From Pyrodictium occultum (lineage in GTDB: Archaea; Thermoproteota; Thermoprotei_A; Sulfolobales; Pyrodictiaceae): 32,000 nucleotides of DNA. The notes beneath the pieces are model-generated. The model was not told the DNA's origin. It searched no databases and worked only from the letters and a program-made list of their open reading frames with translations. Where the stretch lies: NCBI RefSeq assembly GCF_001462395.1, contig NZ_LNTB01000001.1, positions 990,001-1,022,000 on the forward strand. Direction: 5' to 3'. Shown here one piece after another: positions 9,895 to 17,640 of the stretch (the first letter of the stretch is position 1; the number at the start of each line of letters is the position of its first letter). The translations under genes were made by a program, and so were the position numbers.

Positions 9895-10509
9895 ATGGTG
9901 TTCGAGAGGCTGTGGAGCCGGTACGATAGATGGTACGAGAGGAACCGAGTGATAGCCGAGAATGAGCTCAGAGCTGTCCAGGGCCTCGGCCTCCGGGGCA
10001 GGGGCGTCGAGGTGGGAGTCGGGACCGGCTGGTTCGCCTCGAGGCTAGGCGTCGAGTACGGCGTCGACCCGAGCACCGCCATGCTCCGGGTCGCCAGGCG
10101 CCGTGGAGTTGAGGCGGTGCAGGGGGTAGGAGAGGCTCTTCCCCTACGGAGCGGCTCAATGGACTACGTGCTCCTCATAGTTACCCTCTGCTTCGTCGAC
10201 GACCCCGCGGCGGTCGTGGAGGAGGCTGCGCGGGTTGCTAGGAGGGGAGGCTCTGTAGCGGCGTGCATAGTGCCAAGGGATAGCGCCTGGGGCCGCTACT
10301 ACATGGAGCGGAGGACCGAGAGCCCCTTCTACAGGGTTGCCAGGTTCTACACCGTCTCGGAGGTGGAGGATATGATGAGGGAGGCGGGGCTGATGATTGA
10401 TGCCTACAGCTCCGTCCTGCGCTTCCCGCCCTGGGGGAAGCCGGTGGAGGAGGAGCCCGAGCCCAGCCCCCGGGGAGGCTTTGTATGCGTGAAGGCTGTC
10501 AAGCCCTAG
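9895..10509 (+). CDS. Class I SAM-dependent methyltransferase (Methyltransf_11-like), substrate unknown
   Basis: Motif I is VEVGVGTGWF, post-I is GVDPSTAMLRVARRRG, and motif II-like is MDYVLLIVTLCFVDDP. The track ORF from 9688 adds a Pro/Arg/Gly-rich extension that looks non-coding. ATG 9895 is in frame. Confidence 0.8.
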   Translation: MVFERLWSRYDRWYERNRVIAENELRAVQGLGLRGRGVEVGVGTGWFASRLGVEYGVDPSTAMLRVARRRGVEAVQGVGEALPLRSGSMDYVLLIVTLCFVDDPAAVVEEAARVARRGGSVAACIVPRDSAWGRYYMERRTESPFYRVARFYTVSEVEDMMREAGLMIDAYSSVLRFPPWGKPVEEEPEPSPRGGFVCVKAVKP

Positions 10510-11194
10510 CCCCGCCGAGGAGGCGGAGGGCATTAACATAGGCCGTCACGTGGCTGGCCAGGTAGCTGCAGGGCCCGACACTAGCCTCCTCATCCACGGG
10601 GAGCCCCCGTGGCGGGTCCACGCGGAGCCCGAGGACGTAGGCCGTGCCCCGCCGGTGGCGGCGGAGCCTCCCACCCCGCTCGGTGAGCAGCACCACCCGG
10701 TAGCCCCTGGCGCGGAGCGCCCGGAGCAGCTCCACCAGGGGAGGCGCGGGGTCGAGCAGCCTGCAGGCCTCGCCCCGCAGGACGCGGAGAAGCAGCTCGG
10801 CGGACTCGTGCTCGTACTCCATCTCCCCGGGGAGGCAGCTGGGGAGGAGAGAGAGCGCCGCCGGCCTCTCGGAGCCCAGGTAGACTAGTAGCCCACTATC
10901 CTCCTCCAGCCTGCCCCGGGGGTAGAGGGCTGCGAGCAGCACCCGGGCGGCTATGTCGAGCCTCCCGTACCCCGTGAGCCCCCTCCACCGCCTGGGCGGG
11001 GGCCCCGGAGGCCGCTCGCCGTAGGCTATCCAGAGCGTGTCGAGCCTCTCCCTCGTGAGCCCGAGGGGGCCTAGGAGCCGCGCAGCCGCCCTGGCCAAGA
11101 CTCCCCACGCCAGAGCCCCCGGAGGGAGAAGGGGCCCAGAGCTGCCCAGGCCTACCGCGGGGAGGAAGGCGCTCCTCTCCGCGCGCAAAAACAC
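10499..11194 (-). CDS. trmY: tRNA (pseudouridine54-N1)-methyltransferase-like SPOUT protein (TrmY/DUF358 family)
   Basis: GRLDIAARVLLAALY and the C-terminal ..VLGLRVDPPRGLP...SVGPCSYLASHVTAYVNALR resemble M. jannaschii TrmY as recalled. The track ORF (to 11374) overlaps rps26e in another frame. GTG 11194 lies 8 nt after the rps26e stop. Confidence 0.7.
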   Translation of the reverse strand: MFLRAERSAFLPAVGLGSSGPLLPPGALAWGVLARAAARLLGPLGLTRERLDTLWIAYGERPPGPPPRRWRGLTGYGRLDIAARVLLAALYPRGRLEEDSGLLVYLGSERPAALSLLPSCLPGEMEYEHESAELLLRVLRGEACRLLDPAPPLVELLRALRARGYRVVLLTERGGRLRRHRRGTAYVLGLRVDPPRGLPVDEEASVGPCSYLASHVTAYVNALRLLGGARA

Positions 11195-11202
11195 GGGGAG
11201 GG

Positions 11203-11493
11203 CTATACCGTAGGAGTTCTCACGGCCTTGCGCTCCTCCTCCGGCCTCACCTTGACGATGCCGTAGTGGACTGCGCAGCTGACACAGTAGCACTTCTCGA
11301 CGGGATACTTCATTATGATTGCGCCCTTCTTCTCCAGCTCCCTGGCCAGCTGCGGGTCCACCGGGGTGTACCACTTGGTGATGCAGATGGCCTTGTCCCT
11401 GGGGATTAGCCTGCCGCAGTTATCGCACTGGACCACGCGGGTCCGGCCCTTCGACCCCTTATGCCTGCCTCTGTTCTGCCTCTTCTTGGGCAT
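11203..11493 (-). CDS. rps26e: 30S ribosomal protein eS26
   Basis: MPKKRQNRGRHKGSKGRTRVVQCDNCGRLIPRDKAI...CVSCAVH is the canonical S26e sequence with the Cys4 zinc ribbon. Confidence 0.93.
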   Translation of the reverse strand: MPKKRQNRGRHKGSKGRTRVVQCDNCGRLIPRDKAICITKWYTPVDPQLARELEKKGAIIMKYPVEKCYCVSCAVHYGIVKVRPEEERKAVRTPTV

Positions 11494-11580
11494 CCCGGCA
11501 CCCGGTGCCACTAGGGCCGGAGCCTCCTATTTTTAGCTACCCACCCCGCCGTGGACCGGGGCCCTGGGGAAGCCCGTACT

Positions 11581-13113
11581 ATGGCCGTCTGTACAGAGAT
11601 AAAGAGCTTCAAGGACCCCGTCCACGGGTACGTGGACCTCTGCAGCAGGGTCGCCGAGGTTGTGGACACCTGGCCCGTTCAGAGGCTCCGGGGCATAAGG
11701 CAGACGGCCTTCGCCTACCTCGTCTACCATGGGATGGAGCATAGTAGGTTCAACCACAGCCTGGGCTCCGCCCACCTTGCCAGGGAGGTGCTCCACTTCC
11801 TCGCAGGGAACACGAGGATATACTACTGGAGCGCCGGGGGCCCCGAGCTGGCCGGCTACCTGCTCCGTGCCCAGGAGGTGTTCCAGCTAGCAGCCCTCGT
11901 CCACGACATAGGCCACCTGCCCTACAGCCACTCGAGCGAGACCGGGATAGCGGATGCTAGGCTCCTCTACCGGCTGAAGGGGTTCGACAGGCTCCCCCTC
12001 CGCCACGAAGAGTACACGTACAGCCTCCTACCCCATGTGGCCAGGGACGCGGAGGAGGCGGGGATAGAGCCGGTGTTCACCGGCAGCGTGGCCAGCGACC
12101 TTACTCTAATACTCAAGGGCTCCGCAGCCCAGCCCGGAGCTAGGGACATGCTCAGCGAGTGCACAGCGAGCATACTCCACCAGCTCATAGCAGGCGGCCT
12201 CGACGTGGATAGGATGGACTACCTTATACGCGACAGCCTATACGCGGGAGTCCGCTACGGGGTGTTCGACGTAGACCGGCTCATAAGGGTGCTACTGGCC
12301 ACGCCCCTGCTCCGCGACAGGAGCGACGCCGCCTCCCGGCTGAGCAGGAACGCCTGCCGCGTCATGGTCCTGGACAAGGGGGTGAGCGTGGTCGAGGCCT
12401 TCCTCCTGGCGAGGCTCTACATGTTCAGCGAGGTCTATCTCCACCGCGTAGTGGAGGCCTACAACTCAGTCTACTCAAGGCTCTTCAGCCTCCTAGCCCG
12501 CGATGGCTTGATATGCGTGGAGCAGGGCTGCGAGCTAGACATACCTACTCCCCAGTCCCTCGCACAGGGCAGAGAGGAGGCCCTCATGGCCTGGAGGAGT
12601 CTCGACGACACGGCTATGTGGATGCTAATACGCAGCGTCTACAACGGCAAGGTTAAGGCCGGCGAGGAGGCCAGGAGGCTGGCAGCAATGCTCGTCGAGC
12701 GCCGCCACCCACGGGTCTACCGGGTGATAGAGTCTGGGAGCCTATGGGGCCTCTACACACGCTACCTGGAGGAGGCCAACGCACCCCCCTGGGCCAAGCC
12801 CCTCCTAGAAGAGCTTCTAGAGATGCAGCGCGAAAACCCGCTACTCATGATAAGGCCCCTCCGCGTGGACCTGATAAGCCTCGAGCACCTGGGCGTCTAC
12901 AGCCGCAGGCTCGGAGCGCCCCTCAAGCTAGACGACGAGAGAGAGCGTGACCACGAGCTAGCCAGGCTAAAGAGGTTCACCGGCCTAGGCCCCGAGCTGG
13001 GGCTCTACAGGATAGCCGTGTTCACCACTAGGGAGCACGAGGAGGAGGCGGAGAAGGCGTCGAAGCTCCTGGAGAGCCTGGAGAAGGAGGAAGAGAAGGC
13101 AGAGAGGGCCTAG
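11581..13113 (+). CDS. HD-domain phosphohydrolase, SAMHD1/dNTP triphosphohydrolase-like
   Basis: FKDPVHGYVDL, RLRGIRQ, MEHSRFNHSLG, ALVHDIGHLPYSHSSE and DVDRMDYLIRDSLYAGV are the hallmark HD-superfamily dNTPase-like motifs. ATG 11581 follows the TATA-like cctatttttagct (~11526-11538). Confidence 0.9.
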   Translation: MAVCTEIKSFKDPVHGYVDLCSRVAEVVDTWPVQRLRGIRQTAFAYLVYHGMEHSRFNHSLGSAHLAREVLHFLAGNTRIYYWSAGGPELAGYLLRAQEVFQLAALVHDIGHLPYSHSSETGIADARLLYRLKGFDRLPLRHEEYTYSLLPHVARDAEEAGIEPVFTGSVASDLTLILKGSAAQPGARDMLSECTASILHQLIAGGLDVDRMDYLIRDSLYAGVRYGVFDVDRLIRVLLATPLLRDRSDAASRLSRNACRVMVLDKGVSVVEAFLLARLYMFSEVYLHRVVEAYNSVYSRLFSLLARDGLICVEQGCELDIPTPQSLAQGREEALMAWRSLDDTAMWMLIRSVYNGKVKAGEEARRLAAMLVERRHPRVYRVIESGSLWGLYTRYLEEANAPPWAKPLLEELLEMQRENPLLMIRPLRVDLISLEHLGVYSRRLGAPLKLDDERERDHELARLKRFTGLGPELGLYRIAVFTTREHEEEAEKASKLLESLEKEEEKAERA

Positions 13114-13433
13114 GCGCCGCGGAGCGCGACCCACCGGCCCCTCTTCACGATAACGCCCGCTGCCTCGAGCACGCGGAGGGCCTCCTCCGCGTCGGGGCTC
13201 CAGAGGCGGCCGCTGGGGTGCCGGTAGAGCCTCATAACCACCTTCTCGCCGTCCCCGTGCTCCACGTAGCGGCGCCACACCTCCCTGAGCAGGGTGTCGA
13301 GGTCAGCGCTGCCGCCCAGGTCGCGGAGAACCCTCTCCACAGCCTCCATCAGGCTGATGTATCTGACAGACGTGTAGCCCATAGCCAAGAGGCCTAGCAC
13401 CCCCGGGCTGTTGCTTAGGGGTGGTATCACCAT
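13110..13433 (-). CDS. Hypothetical small protein, possibly winged-helix
   Basis: Non-low-complexity composition (SLMEAVERVLRDLGGSADLDTLLREVWRRY...AGVIVKRGRWVAL). The start is ambiguous, 13433 or 13382. Its stop shares the palindrome CCTAGG with the stop of the convergent HD gene. Confidence 0.45.
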   Translation of the reverse strand: MVIPPLSNSPGVLGLLAMGYTSVRYISLMEAVERVLRDLGGSADLDTLLREVWRRYVEHGDGEKVVMRLYRHPSGRLWSPDAEEALRVLEAAGVIVKRGRWVALRGA

Positions 13434-13724
13434 CTAAGATGCACGGCTCCTAGGCGGGGACACGGGCCCACTGCAGACTGAAAGAAACCGTAGAGAATAC
13501 CGTATGAACGGCGTTGAGGACTGAGCCACCGGGGTATCTCCAGCACACACCCGGCTGGAGAGCTATACAGCAGAGCAGTGCAACTATGATATACTATGCA
13601 CCGCAGCCCGGTATGCCGATGCTGCTCGGCCCCACTAGGCCATACCGGGGAATGTGCGTGGTAAAACTAATACAGGCCGAGCCTCGGATACATCAAGTGA
13701 GGACCCCGGGGGAAGTGGTAATCC

Positions 13725-14117
13725 ATGTTCGACGCCTTCCAGGGCATGGAGTGGGTGATTATCCTCCTGGTTATACTGTTAATCTTCGGGCCCAGCAAGC
13801 TGCCCCAGCTTGCCCGCGGCCTCGGCCAGGCCGTCTACGAGTTCCGCAGAGCAAGCCAGGGACTCCTCGAGGAGGATCAGGGAGGCAAGCCCCCGCAGAA
13901 GAGCGCTGGAGGCGTCTCCGGGAGCAAATCCGGCGGCCAGGGCAGCGCCCTCTCCAATATCGACGATGAGACTCTTAGGAGGCTTGCTGAGAGGCTTGGC
14001 GTGAAGGATGCTGATAAGAAGGATAGGGGCAAGCTGATAGAGGAGATAGTGGCGGAGGCGAAGAAGAAAGGACTACTAGACGAGATAAAGACGGAGGCCC
14101 AGCAGGGATCAGGGTAG
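13725..14117 (+). CDS. tatA: Twin-arginine translocase TatA/E family protein
   Basis: The N-terminus GMEWVIILLVILLIFGPSKLPQLARGLGQAVYEFRRA is the canonical TatA TM helix plus amphipathic helix, followed by a charged tail. Confidence 0.88.
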   Translation: MFDAFQGMEWVIILLVILLIFGPSKLPQLARGLGQAVYEFRRASQGLLEEDQGGKPPQKSAGGVSGSKSGGQGSALSNIDDETLRRLAERLGVKDADKKDRGKLIEEIVAEAKKKGLLDEIKTEAQQGSG

Positions 14118-14170
14118 TGGGTAGCCCGCGCCACCGGGGTGGAGCCGCCCCAGCCCAGGGAGCCTCCTAC

Positions 14171-15316
14171 CTAGCCCCTTCCCTTTTCCACCCTGCCCTG
14201 GGTGTCGGCTGGAAGGCTGCCGGTCTCGCTGCTCCCGGAGAGGCTCTGCAGCCTCTCCATGACTACTTCGAGTACCGGCGTGCGCACAGGCTTCTCCGGC
14301 ACCAGGCCCTGAGGCCGGTAGAGGAGCACTAGTATGATGAGCGCGCCCATTATAACGTAGCGCAGGTAGGGGAGCGCGGCAGCTACGGGGCCGGGCACGC
14401 TTATCCCGAGGGTTTCCAGCGCTGAGGTGTTGAGGAACACGTTTATCCCGGCCACCATGGCTGCTCCGAGGAGCGCGCCTAGGTTGTTGGCGGCGCCGCC
14501 GAGCATGACTGCAACTATAACCTCGAAGGTCCTCTCGGGCTTGAAGGTGTTAGCCTGGACGCTGCCGGAGTAGAAGACTAGCAGGGCTCCCGCCACCGCT
14601 GCCATCGCTGAGCCTACTATGAGGGTTTGGAGCCTCAGCCTGGCTATATCGTAGCCGTACACCTGGGCGGCCAGCTCGTCGTCCCTCATCGCCTTGAGGG
14701 CGCGGCCCCAGGGGCTGTTGGTGACCATTTCCGTGTACAGGTAGAAGGCCAGCGCGAACACCACCACTATGACCGCGTATATGACGTCTATCGCGGACTT
14801 GTTGCTGTACCACGCGAGCGGCGTGGGTATTGCGGTGAGCCCGTTGAAGCCGCAGACCGGCCACTGCTCGTTGTAGGCTACTAGCCTCACGACCTCGCCT
14901 ATCGCCAGCAGTGTTATGGCGAGGAAGTCCCCGCCGAGGCGTAGTGTGGGATAGCTGGCCAGGGCCCCCGAGACTGCGCCAAGCACTGCAGCCGCCAGGA
15001 CAGCTACCATGAAGATTAGCAGGTACTGGCCCGGGCTGAGCAGGTGCGAGGCGGCGCTGGAGAGTATGTTGTAGGCCTCTGGCGTACAGTAGGCTGGCCC
15101 CCCGCTGGCCGCTACGGCACCCCCTGCCGCTGCCCAGCTGAGCCCCAGCCAGGCGGCGAGGGCGCCGGCGGTGAAGGCGCCCACGGCCATAAACATTACC
15201 TTGCCGAAGTTGGGTATGCCGCCGTAGCCGTACTCTATGTTGAAGCTTAGGGCCGCTATCGCGTAGACGCCGAACATTACCAGCCACTGGGCTATTATAC
15301 CCTCAACCCCTGCCAT
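14171..15316 (-). CDS. livM: Branched-chain amino-acid ABC transporter permease (LivM type)
   Basis: Polytopic membrane protein with NIEYGYGGIPNFGKVMFMAVGAF and RALKAMRDDELAAQVYGYD motifs. It is the last gene of the liv operon. Confidence 0.92.
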   Translation of the reverse strand: MAGVEGIIAQWLVMFGVYAIAALSFNIEYGYGGIPNFGKVMFMAVGAFTAGALAAWLGLSWAAAGGAVAASGGPAYCTPEAYNILSSAASHLLSPGQYLLIFMVAVLAAAVLGAVSGALASYPTLRLGGDFLAITLLAIGEVVRLVAYNEQWPVCGFNGLTAIPTPLAWYSNKSAIDVIYAVIVVVFALAFYLYTEMVTNSPWGRALKAMRDDELAAQVYGYDIARLRLQTLIVGSAMAAVAGALLVFYSGSVQANTFKPERTFEVIVAVMLGGAANNLGALLGAAMVAGINVFLNTSALETLGISVPGPVAAALPYLRYVIMGALIILVLLYRPQGLVPEKPVRTPVLEVVMERLQSLSGSSETGSLPADTQGRVEKGRG

Positions 15317-15319
15317 GGC

Positions 15320-16264
15320 TCACACCCTCTTCTTGAGCGCGAGCGCCTCTAGCCTTATCACGCCCTCGGGCCGGTACATGAGCACGAGTATGAGTGCTGC
15401 GAGGGCTATAACCGGTGCATAGGCGGTGCTGAGCCCCAGGTACGTGTTGGCCAGGAAGCTCACCACCTGCTCAGCCAGGCCGAGTATTATCCCCGATATA
15501 ATCGAGCCGTAGAACGTGAAGCCGCCCATCGTGGCGGCGGCGAATATCCAGAGGAGCATGAACCAGCCGGTCTCCGGGTCCACGTAGTAGTAGTAGGAGT
15601 AGATGAACCCCGAGAGCCCGGCGAGCCCGCCGCCTATGAGCCAGGCCAGTCTTCTCACATTGTATATGTTGATCCCGGAGACCCTGGCAAGCACGGGGTT
15701 GCTGGCAGTAGCCCTCATGGCCTTACCAGTCCTGGTGCGCGTGAAGAGCCAGTGGAGCGCCAGGGCGAGCACGACAGCGGAGCCTATGGCGAGGAGGTGG
15801 CTCGTCTCAAGCGACACGATACCGCCCATCGTTGCGACCACGCTGCTCCGCTCCGGGAGAGCCACCTGGAGTAGCCCGGCGGTCGAGGCGGAAACAGCTA
15901 GCAGGGTGTAGCGGAGCACGAGGCTCACACCTATGCTCGCGACCAGCAGGTGGAGGGGAGTGGCACCCCTCCTCCAGAGCGGCTTGAAGGCGGCCTCGTC
16001 GCTCACCAGCGCCGCGAGCGCCCCGACGGCCAGGGCCGCAGCCAGCCCTGCTAGGAGGCCCGCCGCGCCGGCGCCGGAGGCTGCTGCGGCCAGGTAGGCG
16101 GCGTAGGCTCCGTAGGTGACGTACTCCGCGTAGGCGAAATTGGGCACCTTGGCGACCCTGAATATGAGGGTGAGGCCGAGCCCCATTAGCCCGTAGAGGC
16201 TGCCGGCGCGGAGCCCGTCAATAACCGCGCCGAGGAGCCCGTAGAGGATGGCCGAGCCAGCCAA
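15320..16264 (-). CDS. livH: Branched-chain amino-acid ABC transporter permease (LivH type)
   Basis: SLYGLMGLGLTLIFRVAKVPNFAYAEY and GKAMRATASNPVLARVSGIN are LivH hallmarks. There is a 3-nt gap to livM. Confidence 0.92.
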   Translation of the reverse strand: MAGSAILYGLLGAVIDGLRAGSLYGLMGLGLTLIFRVAKVPNFAYAEYVTYGAYAAYLAAAASGAGAAGLLAGLAAALAVGALAALVSDEAAFKPLWRRGATPLHLLVASIGVSLVLRYTLLAVSASTAGLLQVALPERSSVVATMGGIVSLETSHLLAIGSAVVLALALHWLFTRTRTGKAMRATASNPVLARVSGINIYNVRRLAWLIGGGLAGLSGFIYSYYYYVDPETGWFMLLWIFAAATMGGFTFYGSIISGIILGLAEQVVSFLANTYLGLSTAYAPVIALAALILVLMYRPEGVIRLEALALKKRV

Positions 16265-16276
16265 CCAGGACCACCC

Positions 16277-16990
16277 CTAGCCATGGTGTATGCCTAGGAA
16301 GAGCTCCTGGAGGTCGCGGCGGGAGAGTATCTCGCGCCCCGTGCCCTCGGCGGCTACCCTGCCGGCTACGAGCACATAGCCCCGGTCCGCCAGCTCCAGG
16401 GCACGGCGGGCATGCTGCTCCACTATGAGTATCGACGCGCCCGCCTCCTCCCTTATCTCTCTCAGCGAGTTGAGCAGCTCTATCGCCACCTTCGGCGCCA
16501 GGCCCGCAGTGGGCTCGTCGAGGAGAAGCAGCCTGGGCCTTGTCATGAGGGCGCGGCCCACGGCCAGCATCTGGCGTTGCCCCCCGCTGAGGGCTCCTGC
16601 CAGCGTTTTACGGAGCCCCCTGAGCACGGGGAATATGTTGAAGACCATCTCCATCGCCTCCCTCACCTTCTCCTCGTCCTGGACGAGGTAGGCCCCCATC
16701 TCCAGGTTCTCTTCCACAGTCAGGTCGGGGAACACGTTATTCGTCTGGGGAACGTAGCCCATGCCCAGCCTGGTCTTAGCCTCGGGGGCCAGCCAGGTGA
16801 CATCACGGCCCTCAAAGAGGACCTGGCCCCCGAACACCCTGGCGACCCCGTAGATGGTCTTCAGCAGCGTGCTCTTGCCGCTACCGTTGGGGCCCACGAG
16901 CGCCACTATCTCCCCTCGATCCACGTAGATGCTGACGCCCTGGACTATGACCATCTTCCCATAGCCGCCCTCGAGATCGCGGGTAGCCAT
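16277..16990 (-). CDS. livF: Branched-chain amino-acid ABC transporter ATP-binding protein (LivF type)
   Basis: Walker A GPNGSGKST, GMGYVPQTNNVFPDLTVEENL, signature LSGGQRQML and Walker B LLLLDEP. The start is ATG 16990, or the upstream GTG at 17002. Confidence 0.93.
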   Translation of the reverse strand: MATRDLEGGYGKMVIVQGVSIYVDRGEIVALVGPNGSGKSTLLKTIYGVARVFGGQVLFEGRDVTWLAPEAKTRLGMGYVPQTNNVFPDLTVEENLEMGAYLVQDEEKVREAMEMVFNIFPVLRGLRKTLAGALSGGQRQMLAVGRALMTRPRLLLLDEPTAGLAPKVAIELLNSLREIREEAGASILIVEQHARRALELADRGYVLVAGRVAAEGTGREILSRRDLQELFLGIHHG

Positions 16991-17007
16991 TACGGCCCTC
17001 ACGGCTC

Positions 17008-17482
17008 GGCACCGCCCTCAGCGGCTGTGGCTATAATGATGGGGAAGTTTAGCTCTACGAAACCCCCACGGTAGAGGAACACCCTGGCCGCCCTCATTAG
17101 CGTGCTCCTCACCCCGAGGATCGCCCTAACCCTGGGCTTCCCGATGTCCAGGTACCTGTACCTGAGCCTCGTCGGCCACTCAGCCTCAACCCCCGTACAA
17201 GTCCATGGGCGGCGGAGGGCTCGGAGCCACTACCTCGATCTCATCGGGCAGTATCTCCCTACCGAGCCCGGCTATCTTGCTCTCAACCATCCTCCCAGTC
17301 ACTTTAACGAAGCACTCCCTGCCAAGCTCTTCGACAACGCTCCACACGTCGTCAGGTGCCACTCCCTTCTTAACGGTTACCTGCTCCTCTCCGTCGAAAG
17401 TTCCCGGGAGTATGAAGGCGATCTTGCCCTTACGCCTCACAGCAGCCACGCGGCCGTAGACTGTTACCTGACCCCCCTTCAG
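17008..17482 (-). pseudogene. aspS: Truncated, frameshifted fragment of archaeal-type aspartyl-tRNA synthetase: N-terminal OB fold plus the start of the catalytic domain
   Basis: Frame 1 (17186-17482) reads LKGGQVTVYGRVAAVRRKGKIAFILPG..EEQVTVKKGVAPDDVW..CFVKVTGRMVESK..REILPDEIEVVAPSPPPPMDLYGG*. A 1-nt frame change at the ggggg-tt run (~17186-17192) continues it as EAEWPTRLRYRYLDIGKPRVRAILGVRSTLMRAARVFLYRGGFVELNFPIIIATAAEGGAEP*. An in-frame stop lies upstream at 17483-17485. The fragment ends inside the conserved EGGAE(LF) motif, 5 nt from the livF ORF. Confidence 0.8.
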
Positions 17483-17517
17483 TCACCACGGCCACCCCGG
17501 CCGCCGGTGGCGTGGGT

Positions 17518-17541
17518 GAGGGTAAATTCGAGGGTAAATTC
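17518..17541. repeat. Perfect 12-bp tandem duplication (gagggtaaattc x2)
   Basis: Read directly from the sequence. It lies in the spacer between the aspS fragment and the divergent methylase gene. Confidence 0.9.
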
Positions 17542-17640
17542 CGATCCACCCTCTGCAAGCCCGGGCAGGCGCTACACGAGTCACACTTGGGCCAGCGCAC
17601 AGAATCATTGCTACATAACACGATTTGAGGAGGAGCCGCT

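Noticed and set aside
13434-13724. Possible C/D-box sRNA or other ncRNA in the 290-bp region upstream of tatA. It has CTGA boxes at ~13477 and ~13521, and a hairpin ctccagc-N9-gctggag at 13538-13560.
   Set aside because: There is no convincing C box (RUGAUGA) at the right spacing. The hairpins are short and the evidence is too weak without covariance-model searches.
14550-15287. 245-aa alternative-frame ORF inside livM. Others occur at 15603-15911 (livH), 16412-17074 and 16425-16691 (livF), and 28635-29105 and 28652-29440 (livG).
   Set aside because: All are Arg/Pro/Gly/His-rich shadows of clearly identifiable ABC transporter genes.
16990-17060. Search for direct repeats (att-like sites) shared between the island's left edge (16990-17060, and 18766-18871) and its right edge (28237-28570)
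   Set aside because: Only vague similarity was seen by eye (cacggctcggcacc versus cacgggcttgtgctagcacc). This needs a computed alignment and is not reportable as an att site.
17186-17449. 87-aa ORF that could be read as a stand-alone OB-fold (tRNA_anti) nucleic-acid-binding protein
   Set aside because: The AspRS-like reading continues in another frame immediately downstream (RLRYRYLDIG...EGGAE). This shows it is part of a frameshifted, truncated aspS copy rather than an independent OB-fold gene.
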